The notes beneath the pieces were generated by a model that saw only the letters and a list, made by a program, of their open reading frames with translations, made no database searches and was not told the DNA's origin. The translations under genes and the position numbers were made by a program. A stretch of DNA of 53,759 nt, filler included, from Squatina squatina (Eukaryota), in NCBI GenBank assembly GCA_031763465.1. It is 3 parts of 3 records of this genome, joined end to end, with 100 filler letters (N's around TTAATTAATTAA, not from the genome) between each part and the next. Parts side by side here need not be neighbours in the genome. Positions count along the whole stretch, not along the records: positions 13,473 to 38,325 come from JARFOE010000016.1; positions 38,426 to 53,759 come from JARFOE010000007.1; 1 more part is not named here. The stretch is one strand, 5' to 3'. Shown here piece by piece: positions 32,331 through 44,050 of this stretch (within the stretch, counting starts at the first letter, position 1; every line of letters begins with the position of its first letter).

Positions 32331-35300
32331 GGGACAAAATTAATGGGGAAGAAAATACATATTTTGCCATCTATTTTTCACAGGCACATTAAAATAACAT
32401 AATTATTTAACTCATGGAATAATAGATAGTGAGTAATTGTATCTTGGTAGCAAATAAAATGACTAACAAGTATTCAAAGTATTATGAGGATAGGCTGAAG
32501 GAGATTGGGTTAGTCCCCTTGAAGCAAAGAAGGTATTATACAAGTAAGAGGAATTGAGAAAATGTAAATTTGTAAGTCCTTCACTCTGGCTATGTAGTGC
32601 AGACCAAAATGGCACTGTGACAAGATATAAAACGAAAGGCCCAGCAAGGAATTAAAGGAAAATTTCACCTCCGCCAGATAGTGAAAGAAATAAAGTACGT
32701 CAGAATATGATTAATACACTAACACAAAGCCTAGACATGTTGTCTTATTAAGCTTCTCATCTGTATGAATTGTCAACATATTATTGAATTTTAAGAAAAT
32801 CCCTTTTCAAGGATTCCAACACAATCAACATATTGAGATTGTTTATTTGGGGAAGAGCATTTATCCAAATGAGTTCAATCCTGCTTCATACAGTGGAAGG
32901 CAATGCCTTTCTATAAATTTACGTTACTATTTTGCGAAATTAATTTATAATTGGCTTTGGGAATAATGTAACCGGAGTTATCATGATTCCCAAGTATCAC
33001 ATTTCTAGGGACTACTATGCAAAGAGGAATTCGGTAATTAATTATGGTGTGCCGTGCCACAATCAATATGGTCTTTTTTTTGGCTCAATTCACTTTACTG
33101 ACAGCATTTAATCTATACGTGACTTCCCCAAATGTGGCTGAGTAAACATCAGCAGGACAGGAGCTACATTTTGTATTTATCACGGCCAACTAGTCACAAA
33201 TAAGAATGCAAGTAAGAGATCTGATCACTATCATAAAATGGACTGTGCATAGTGGAGCTTTCTGGGAAAGGCCTCTTCATATATGGTTTAAAGTAGGGGG
33301 GAGATCAGACTATCGTTGTAGATTGCAGGATAGAGCTGTTCATTCTTCTGATCCCAGCCAATATTCTCCCCAAATCTCATTTTGAATATGGTTTGGAATA
33401 AATATCCTATTTTTCTCATTCAGTAGAATTTTTTGCGTCCAAAGATATGAGTTATTGTACGTGCTGCATCCATCATTTCCATCAGTCNNNNNNNNNNNNN
33501 NNNNNNNNNNNNNNNNNNNNNNNNNNNNNNNNNNNNNNNNNNNNNNNNNNNNNNNNNNNNNNNNNNNNNNNNNNNNNNNNNNNNNNNTTTATTCACCAGT
33601 GCTTTAAAAAAAATTCTCTTCATGATCAGTACAGTACTATATAACAGCATCCAAAGAATTTGTGATTTAATAAAGCACTCTTTCACTACTTTACTTTGCG
33701 AGGGTGGGGGCTGGGGTAGAGGTTGTGAATGAGATGGAGAAGAGAATCTTATAAGCTTCTGTCTTGAAATATACAGTAAGAGGAACTGTGTTCTTGCAGC
33801 CCTGAGGTAATTTTTGCAAAGCAGATTGAGCTTTGTTTCACGGCTGATTTCTGTTGGCTGTCCTGGGGAAATCCTCACGTGCTGCAGTCCATATATATCA
33901 GATTTACCAGTTAATCCAGGCTTTAAAACATCAACACACAGTTGTCCCAGCTGTCAGCCCAAGCGTGTGTTCTCTCCTGTGCTCTCTTGCATAAGTCTCT
34001 CATTTTGCCATAATGCAACCTTGGAACCCAAATGTCTTTGAAGTCTTCAAAGGCAGCTGAATGCTCACAGCTAAGTATAAATGGGATGATGTACAATTGT
34101 AACATTCATACGTTAATTACTATGTATGAATGAAATCTGGGGTATGGTAGAGCAATACGTTATTAAATATGAAAGANNNNNNNNNNNNNNNNNNNNNNNN
34201 NNNNNNNNNNNNNNNNNNNNNNNNNNNNNNNNNNNNNNNNNNNNNNNNNNNNNNNNNNNNNNNNNNNNNNNNNNNNATTAAATATGAAAGATAATGCATG
34301 TGTGTGTGCCACAAACATTTATTACACACACTTGTTTGTTGTTTCCTCTCCTCTCCACTCAAAAAGAATGAATAAATTGTGTTTGAGGACTGAATGCCTA
34401 AAAGCTCAGATGTTTCAACTGAAAAAGTAATGTTCATGTGTTACGCAGTATACAGAATGGCAGCCAGTATTATTTGGTAGTTGCATGATACACTCACAGT
34501 CAGGTATCAACGGAATTCTGAAATATCCTTTGCCATTTTAAAAGTTGGTACTTTTTTAAAGTAATATTTAGATTTGAATAGACTTGAAAAGAATTTGAAA
34601 TATGCACTGGGGTGTAAAACATTTCTGAATGTACGGTATTCTCTGGATATACTTAACTGTAATTAGGCACAGGCAATAATGGATGTGTGGGAGTACAGTG
34701 GGTTGTAATTTAAGACAAGCAGATTGGTTGAAGGATGAAATTGCAGGTTCGGTCCTTCAATCACAATGCAGACCTCAGTTACAGATTGCTGTATGCCAAG
34801 AAGTTCATTACTGTGATTTAATTTTATAATATTTATAATATTTCAACATTCTATCTAAATTTGTTTTTTTTAATGTNNNNNNNNNNNNNNNNNNNNNNNN
34901 NNNNNNNNNNNNNNNNNNNNNNNNNNNNNNNNNNNNNNNNNNNNNNNNNNNNNNNNNNNNNNNNNNNNNNNNNNNNTTTTCCGTGACAGTTCAGATATGC
35001 ATATAGCTCAGACTTGCATACATGAACTGTGCACTACTGAAATGTGATATTTGTTATAAATATCTTCACAATGCAAGTAAAAACTCAATCGACATGGCTT
35101 CAGCTCCCATCCATACACCACAAAACGAGCAGCCATAGTGAAGACTGTGGGCTTCTTCGATTTCCAGCACAGATCAACTGCAAGCAAGACTTCAAGTACT
35201 CACAAACTTCCCAAATGCCATTAAATTTGAAACAGTTCTGATCAGAGGTACAGTTAACAGGCTGTGAAATAACACTCTGCCAACTGTTAATTCCAAATCC

Positions 35301-37359
35301 AAGAAACCCAGTATTCGTTAGACCAAGTTTAATTGAGAGTGTTCAGATCTGGTGGACCTTATGCAGGTTTACTTAATTAGCTGCACAAAGCCTATGATTT
35401 AATGTGCAAATTGCTGGTGGCAGGTTGTTTTCTGCGTCGAATTTGATTGTGTCTCGTTCTCAGTTATTTCTTTTAACACAGTATGCTGTCGAGGATATTA
35501 TACTGCAAGTCATTTTCATATGAATTGAAATCTGAGATAACTGTAACTTTAAGCATTTGAAATGTGACTGCTGACTGAAATGAGAGATTTTTCCCCTCCT
35601 ATTCAATTTGTGGTGTTTTAAAAAAAAACATAAAATATACTTGGAAATGATTGCTATATTGAAGGAAGATAGCTGAATGATCATATATGTGTCATTTGCA
35701 ACACATCTTATACTTGAGCATGGTGCAATGATGAGAGGAATCCTGACCAGGACTTCAGATCTCAGCTTTTGAATTCCGATTCCTTCCCCATCCAATGTCC
35801 CTTCATTGTGATCAGGTCCCAAAGAAGTATTCTGTTTGCGCAACATGCTGATGCAGCACAGGCTTGCAATTGTCAATCTCCACACCATTCTTAGTTGTAC
35901 CAGTGGTCAGAGATGTATATTGGAAATTGAGTAGTTCCACAAAGGGACAGAAAGAAAATTAACTTAAATGGACTCGAGTCTTTCTGGGCCAGCTTTACAT
36001 ACATCTAGTGCCCACCTGCAGTACAGTGAGATGGGACCCAAAGCCAGTAATAATTCTGAATATGGAATGGTGCGTGGCACTGAGGGACTTCAAACAGAGA
36101 ATAACTTGATAATGTTTTTCCCTTCCACTCCTGATGGCAATAAATGATGTTGGGCTATCGTTCTGCAGTTAGTNNNNNNNNNNNNNNNNNNNNNNNNNNN
36201 NNNNNNNNNNNNNNNNNNNNNNNNNNNNNNNNNNNNNNNNNNNNNNNNNNNNNNNNNNNNNNNNNNNNNNNNNTAGTTCAGAAATTGTTCTGGTTCAGTC
36301 ACTCAATAATTGACTGCTTATCAGAGCTGCAAAGTTTTGGTAAATACAACTGCCTAATTGGAATAAGCTGCTTGTGGAAGTGTTTATCTCATCTGATCTG
36401 TTCAGATACCGTTGTGGACATATAAAATACAACACATAAAACTGGACTTTTGTATATTTGTCCAGTAACTTGTGATAAATATAAAATACAATCATTCCCA
36501 AAATAGAAATAAAATTATTCAATAGATATTTCCATTATTTATTAATTGTACCTTTTGTGGCATTTCCTTCCAAATATTGATGACAGAAAAAATGTATTTA
36601 AATCTGTGAAATAATGTTCTGACCTTTCTTGATAAGAATTTTTTTGTTAACTACGTTTCAGTGGTGCTGGCTCAGTCTTCCTCGTTTCATCTTTACAAGG
36701 CCCCGGTTGTTTTATGTCTCTGAGCTGAGCAGCATTACAGTAAATGAGCACAGTAAAGATGCAGTACTTCAGAAATGGTTATTGCACACCATGTCCCTAA
36801 AACATGTTAAAATAACAGGATGGGGGAGGAGTACTGTCAGTTACATAAGGAGCATTAGCTGCTTGACTTGCAGGCCTAGCCATGGTATTGCCACAGCACT
36901 GCAGGGCTTAATTCATTTCTTTTTTCTCTCGAATTTCACTTACTGCTGTTATTCCAGATGTTGCCAGTGAAGCGGTCTTTCAAAAACTATTTTGGGAATG
37001 CAGGAAAAATGAAAACACGTGTATTTTGAAAGATGCCCTGAAGTATCTTCAATCATTCTTGAGTGAAGATTTGCTTGAGTACTACAGAATGAGCAGCTCT
37101 GTGATGCCAAATGATGTATAAAAGGGTTTGTAAATTAAGACCTTTTTGGCAACTATCTTTGTCTTTTTCACAGGAGTGCAAGGCCATTGTTTTGCTTAAC
37201 TCACTCTCAAAAGCTTACTGGAAACTAAATGGATACGTTTTGTTCTTTTTAAAAAAAAGTGGAAATGCAGCCTTGATGATTCCAATGGCTAAATGCAATG
37301 CACACTGTGGTGATGAGCTATCCTGCATGTGAAGGTCTCATGCCCGACACTTAGACTAT

Positions 37360-37560
37360 GCTATTATCTAATCTCAATCAGGGTAGCAGTGTGATGGAAT
37401 AGTTGGCTTCAAAGTCCCTTTGCTGAAGAGGAAGAAACTTCAGTCAGGATTTCCACTTCTGATTACCATCCAGAGACCTCTGCTGGGAAGTGCATTTGTG
37501 GACATGTCAAATGAGATGATGATCCAGCTTGGCTTAGTTAGACTTGCATATGAAGCATGC
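37360..37560 (+). mobile_element. Old SINE (same family as 32110-32330)
   Basis: ttatctaatctcaatcaggg...ctgctgggaagtgcatttgtggaca... Confidence 0.5.
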
Positions 37561-38119
37561 TCACTTGTGCAAGTTACTGAAAGTCTCCCACCATCCATTA
37601 AATTGTATCCAATCATGAGTCATCAGCTTCAGGAGGNNNNNNNNNNNNNNNNNNNNNNNNNNNNNNNNNNNNNNNNNNNNNNNNNNNNNNNNNNNNNNNN
37701 NNNNNNNNNNNNNNNNNNNNNNNNNNNNNNNNNNNNGGTAATTGGTTCAGTTGTTGCATTTCAAGTAAAATAAACCAATGATTTACAGTTGGTCCCCTCA
37801 AACTAGAGTGCATATTAGTCTACCTTGCAGAGGATGGAACAAATGTGTGGGCCATGTGCAAGATCACAGCATCCAGTTCAGGTAATGAGAGTCTTAGTGT
37901 GAACTGAGGTAGATAACAATAGCATGTCACTAACTATTGGGCACTGATGCAAGAGCTGCTTATGGGAATGACTGGTGACATTAAACCTTAGAGAATATCT
38001 AGTGCAGACATGAAAATAGTCACAGGTTCATTAAGTGGATGCCATAAAATTTATAGTTTATGAAAAAGTACAGATTTGTAATGCANNNNNNNNNNCCTTT
38101 GTTTTTCTTGCCCATATAG

Positions 38120-38325
38120 AAAAAAGAATGGCTTTGCCTGAATTGTCAGACCCAACGATTGATGTCTGGAAATTTGGGAGATGCGCCACTTCCTGTCCCA
38201 CCATCAGCATCAAAGCAACAGCCAACAATGTCACCACACCATCAAGGGCAAACGGGTGGCAGTGTGCAACAAAAGAAAGAGGTTAGCCAACAGCAGCAAG
38301 CTGGCCCTGTCCAGCAACAAAAGAT
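38120..38325 (+). CDS. BSN: Bassoon-family exon start (end of zinc finger 2), truncated by scaffold end
   Basis: catatAG then [28 protein letters not shown]..., phase 0, continuing from PHLVE at 30051. Confidence 0.85.
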
Positions 38326-38425
38326 NNNNNNNNNNNNNNNNNNNNNNNNNNNNNNNNNNNNNNNNNNNNTTAATTAATTAANNNNNNNNNNNNNNNNNNN
38401 NNNNNNNNNNNNNNNNNNNNNNNNN
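38326..38425. other. Artificial scaffold-concatenation spacer
   Basis: 44 N, TTAATTAATTAA (38370-38381), 44 N, identical to 13373-13472. Confidence 0.97.
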
Positions 38426-38590
38426 AGTGAGGCCCATTCTCTCATATGCCTCGGTGAATATGTCGACGGTGGTTTGGAGCTCAGTCTCCGAGTGTGCACA
38501 GATGCAGGCGTCGTCTGCATATTGCATGTCGGTGACGAAGATAGAGGAAACCTTGGATTTGGGCTGGAGATGACGGAGGTTGAATACCAC
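38426..38590 (-). mobile_element. RTE-clade LINE RT fragment
   Basis: FNLRHLQPKSKVSSIFVTDMQYADDACICAHSETELQTTVDIFTEAYERMGLT, with the catalytic YADD in an RTE/BovB-like context. Confidence 0.88.
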
Positions 38591-39409
38591 TAAACTGCTT
38601 TCTACTGCACATGAGTTAAAATTGCCAAATTAATAAATGGCTTGTCTCAAAAGAATTTTCAGTGTATTTGGAAAACCGACTTGGACTAAAAACCAGTTTA
38701 GCATTCCATGAAAACACTATCTTTAAAGTCTTCTGCAAAAGCCCATGTGTGTTGATTAAAACCAGAATGCAGGTAACAGTCCAGCGTGTGAGTTGATGTC
38801 TTTTGTTCAGGCTGTGATTGAATAGGAGCTATGTGGAAGCTGCTGCTGTTTCTATCTTAGTTTAAAACCTGGCCCTTTAGTGCAATCTTGTTTCTTGCAC
38901 AATGAATTTAGGCAGTATCCCAGAAACAGTGTTAAACAATTGTACTCTTGAACAGAGAACAGGTGCACAGCAGTAGAGTTCCAGTGTTCTCTCAGACATC
39001 TCAACCTCCTCACACAGAAAGATTCTGCAATTTTCATAATTTCTGTCTTCCAGCTAGAATTGCCTGGTGCCTTTGTTAACCTCTGACTGGCTAGATTATC
39101 ACTGCAACATAAACTGTTATTATTATTAGACAAACTCATGGACTTTGATGTTTCTGTTGCTGTAATCAATGGTAAGCTATTCTACGTATCATGAGTACTC
39201 CTGTTTACTCCCTCAGGACTTAGAGAAACCCTGCACAAATCCACCTTTAAACTAACAGTAAATTCATAGTTGTAATGTATTACTGTTATTTAGAATGCAA
39301 ATTTTTAAATGACCTGAACTCAGCATAATGGTAAATGAGAGCTTTGTTAAATAATGTACAGGAGTTTGTTATGCCAAGATTCCTTCTGTGCTTATTTAAT
39401 CAGGACCTT

Positions 39410-39884
39410 GGGGTCAAAATTCAGTAGCGCCGAAAAAAAAGGGTCAGTTTGCCCGGCGCCGACTTGCTTAATTGTGCAACATTGGGCTCTTCAAAGAAAA
39501 ATATGTGAGGGGCGATACAGTGTCAACTGGAGCCAATTTCACCTGACCTTCATTGGGAGTTAATCAGGTTCCAGGCCACTGCAGCCCTTAAAGGTAATGT
39601 GCTGCTTCTGTTCAGGTGCTCTCTCTGGTCATTTTTATTCCACCCCAGCACTGGAACGTTGATGATGGCTGCTCCAGGTCCTATCCATCGGTCCTGTCGA
39701 TTCTCAGACCCAGCTTTGGAAACCTTGGTGGCAGCGGTGGAGGCTTGGTGGGTGCAGCTCTTCCCACCAATGGGAAGAAGGACAGCACCTCCGGCTTTCC
39801 GGACACTGTGGGCTGAGATAGTCAGGGAGGTGTCGGCAATGAATGTCGTTGCCTGGACTACCGCTCAAAGCAGAAAAAAATTCA
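39410..39884 (+). mobile_element. PIF/Harbinger element left end with Myb/SANT-like ORF relic
   Basis: Terminus ggggtcaaaattc, then RFSDPALETLVAAVEAWWVQLFPPMGRR...LWAEIVREVSAMNVVAWTTAQSRKKF, a trihelix Myb/SANT pattern. Confidence 0.8.
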
Positions 39885-39984
39885 NNNNNNNNNNNNNNNN
39901 NNNNNNNNNNNNNNNNNNNNNNNNNNNNNNNNNNNNNNNNNNNNNNNNNNNNNNNNNNNNNNNNNNNNNNNNNNNNNNNNNNNN

Positions 39985-40235
39985 AGCCACTGGAAGGAGA
40001 CGGTTGAGGAGGATTCTTGCGATGACCTTCCCTGTGGCGGACAGCAGGGAGACCCCTCTGTCGTTTCCGCAATTGGACTTGTCTCCTTTCTTGAAGATGG
40101 TCGCGATTATGGCATCTCTGAGATCTCCTGGCATGTTCTCCTCCTCCCAGATGAGGGAGATGAGGTCATGGATTCGTGCCACGAGCACCTCTCTGCCGTA
40201 TTTTAGTATTTCTGCAGGTTTCTTAAGGTTCTCGT
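39985..40235 (-). mobile_element. RTE-clade LINE RT fragment
   Basis: PAEILKYG...LIWEEENMPGDLRDAIIATIFKKGDKSNCGNDRGVSLLSATGKVIARILLNRL. Confidence 0.9.
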
Positions 40236-43200
40236 AATTTGCTAATAAAGACAGTAAAAAAAAGACATGTGTGGTATCACAGATGTGTTTCACATGTTAT
40301 GCATCATCCTTTTATAATATTTGCATAAATAACTCCAAGCATTTCAGGACAATTCCTCTTCTTTTCCACGTTCAGTGTAAACCACCATTGCACTGCCAAC
40401 AACGCACTGAGGTACTTCTTGAAGCACTGGGAGGCTGCACTCTAAATCAATTCTCATATCTGTGGTCGTATTACCTGTCTTTAGGGTTTGCGATGTGATC
40501 CATCTGAAACCTTACTCATGTCTGTAAGAGTGGCAATAAGTGAAATTTGTAAGGCGGTTTAGCCTGAATTTCCATGAGGATTCATTGGAAGATGTTACAC
40601 AAAGAGAACAGTGCAAAAATCTAATGAATATGCAGCTTTAAATGTCAGCTTCTGTTTGTCAGGCTGAGTAGATGGAAATTTAATGAGTCTCAGCAGCAGA
40701 GCAACAGGGATCAATACCTCTCTGAGCTTTCCATGGGCTCATTTTTTTCCAGTGAGAATTCCTTCCAATGTGACTTTTTTTCCCTTTTTTAAAAAAAAAA
40801 CTAATACTACGTCCATGTCATAATAGGAAGGAAAAAGTGTATCTCAAAGCCTGTTTATCCATTTGCTATTGAATAACTGGGAAATGACAAGGTTATGGAT
40901 TAATGCAAGCCTGAACAAAATCTCAGGGGGCAGATGCAGATTGAGTAACCCAGACACATCAAGGTTACATGCACTGTTTAAAAGCACTTGCCTCATACCT
41001 AACTCATCAGTGATGCTGTGATAACAGCTACATATACCTACTCTCTGAATTGGCATTAGAATATGAGAAATTATGTATTTCTGCTGTCAGCAAGGTCTAT
41101 CTTTGAGTGTATCCCTATTGGCACAATGGACAGGAAGCTCTGTCAGTAGGAGCTTGGTGAACTGTAAGAAAATTGGCACATCAGTGTTGCCAATTAGACT
41201 TTGTACCTGCATATTATTGAGGGCATTCCTTAATGAGCTGCAGGCTACCTTGCTTCAGCATTTTCAGTGTGGAAAGGCAATATGTTATTCATGACAGGAT
41301 TGGGAGGGAGAGGGGAGAGGATTCCTGCTGTTTCTTCCTTCAAATCCTAATCATTGAATATATTAAATAACAGTACTCCGCCAGATTCCCTGAAGTGAAT
41401 CTAGCCAGTAAAATTCAAGGAATGGTACAGAGCAAAATCACCATTTTAAAATTTGACTATCAATAAAATATGACAATGTTAACTTCCTGTTTTGAGAAAA
41501 ATGTAATTGTGTTTGAAAGTTTATTTAATAGAACCTGCAAGATTCCATTATTTCTGGCAACAACACTCAAGTTAGAGTCAGGACATTTATAATATTGTTT
41601 TGCAACCATTTACTTCATAAATATGGCCACACTAATCACAACTTATAACTATTTTGACAACAAAATCTCTCAAATATAATGTAGATTTAAATAGGTGCAG
41701 CATATCCTTCTACAGATTATTAAACCCTTGTGTATGGCATGCACCTCTTGTTCACAAATCTTACTTATTGTAATATTTGTATGCCAACATTTATAATGGA
41801 AACTGGCTATGTAAATATTTATAATGGGCAATCCTATGTAAACATTTTACCATCATACTTTGTTGATAAACCAATTGAATCACACAAATCCTTTTTGAAG
41901 ATCTTCACACTTGCCATTTTTTCCTCAGTAACTGACATTTCTAATGGCCAAAATAAGGTTTTAAACAATTACTTAAAAATAAATTATATATTGTACAAAA
42001 ACATGATTACATTTATCCATCAAATTTTATTTGACGCGCTAAAAAACCCCAAAAGTCAGTACTTCAACTTGATATTTTTGCCGAAAAGTGGTGGCNNNNN
42101 NNNNNNNNNNNNNNNNNNNNNNNNNNNNNNNNNNNNNNNNNNNNNNNNNNNNNNNNNNNNNNNNNNNNNNNNNNNNNNNNNNNNNNNNNNNNNNNCCTTC
42201 TCGCATAATTTCACGATCATCAACACCAAAATCACCTTTACATCGGGTGAAAATTCCACATTAGTAACACATTTTTATATCTTGCAGACACCAAACAAAT
42301 TGGAAAATTACTTCAATCATTCAAACCAATAAAGAGATTCTGAAGCTAAAGCAGACATTCAGACTTCTGTGTTCAATTTTTAATGGATCAAGGGAGTCAA
42401 TATTTTAAAGTTGGCACAGTGCCACGTGCAGCCCCAGATACATCTGAGGGACAGCATTTACACGTGCTAGTGACATGTACCAACCATTATTCATTACATT
42501 AACAGGCTACCCAATTTTGACACTACTGATAACGTGTGCAATTGCGAAATCAAACCATCTCTGCTTGACATGCATCAGTAGATCTCTAGCAACTTTGCTG
42601 TACATTTAAAAATGAAGGTAGAGGCCAAGCTTTTTTGTTCCCCCAAAAGAAAAACATTCAATTTTGCTATTGACCGATAATCTTCCAAGAATGGTTGAAA
42701 GAGCAAAGATTCTTATGCAGATTCAAGCTTTTAATAATGATCAAAAGGAAATTCTAAGCATTTCTAGAACCACAAAAATCAATGGCACTTTATGGCTCAT
42801 TATATTGTACAGATTTATACTTCTTAGCTCCCTGCAACTGGATCATTGCGAGACATTTGCAAAACTTGCATTTTAAATCAGGGGAAATAAAATTGCAACT
42901 CTCACTGATTTAAAATAAAAATGTAAATTGAACTACTATATCACAATATCTCATACCTGGTTGCCTGAAGCACAACAGGTATGTCACTCGCTATACATTA
43001 AAAAAACATACAAGATATTTCACAATAACAACCTTATTCACTTGATAGTGTCTTTAAGTAAACAGGCTGTATTGTTGCAGATGTTCAATTATTTGGTTTA
43101 AGTAAGGTTTTTGAGGACAACCGTGGTACTTTGACATCAAAATTATAACATATCACAATTCCTTTGTGTGTGAAACAAAGTGACTTCTGTAGTGCGCTGG

Positions 43201-43474
43201 TAGTTCGCAATTCTCTGCCAAAAGTTCTAAAGGTCACAATCGGAGCTCGGTAGAAGATCAATTGTTGGGATCAGATGGGTTGTTTACAGTTTGTACTGAT
43301 GCTATTTTTTTGTTTAATTTTCCCCTCCCCCAGGCGTTATGTGAAGCGGTCATCAATAAACTCCTGCCTTAGATTCATCCTGTCTGAAAGTGAGATTTTG
43401 TATGCATGCCCTCAGTCTGTGGATCAGTGCCCTTCATATAGTGATTGCAGAATTAATTAGCATAAATTGGAAAA

Positions 43475-44050
43475 ATCATGATTGCTACTGGGGTAGCAGA
43501 TATTGATGTGTATTGCTTCTGGCCCCGTGGCCATAGACAGATGAACATTAATGAGCAATAGTTCTTTTACGAAAGGTGGGGGCAGGGGAATTGGGGACTG
43601 GAGCCCATGTGGCTACATGTGTACAATTCTCCGCACACTGGGGAAACCTAGCACAGAGAAAAAGTGCAGTATTCTCTTGTGTTGCTGCCTGGTTTCCATG
43701 GGGAAAATGATGGAGGAATTTGCTCTTGCAAATAAAGCTTCTGTCGCCCTGCTTGCTGCATCGGTGCACTGCTGGTTGTAAGATTTGGAAGTTGTCCCCT
43801 GCTGTTGCTTGGAGGGAATTGTCAAAGTGAAAGTTGGAATACTGTAGCCACCATCGATAGCCACTGGCAAAGCCGCCTCCATCCTGGTATTAGTCAAAAG
43901 ATCTGGCTCTGGGAGACTGTGTATTTCTGTCACTGCTTTGCTCGTGAAATCAGAACTTCCTAAGGCAGATCTGTGACATGTCAAGCAATGTTCCCCGTAA
44001 TTATTTTTGGTGCCATGCAGCCCCTTTAAAGTGAAAAGCCGGCAAGAATA
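43475..44050 (-). mobile_element. Decayed Harbinger (HARBI1-type DDE) transposase
   Basis: Across frameshifts: AVTEIHSLPEPDL...ALPVA, TEALFARANSSIIFPM, GFP, CTHVATWAP and INV...NICYPSSNHD. These correspond to the GFP..IDCTHV, S.NVQ and YPGS.HD motifs. Confidence 0.8.

Noticed and set aside
41730-42332. 200-aa AT-rich ORF
   Set aside because: Low-complexity I/N/K/F/Y composition, spans a gap, and has no splice or domain support.
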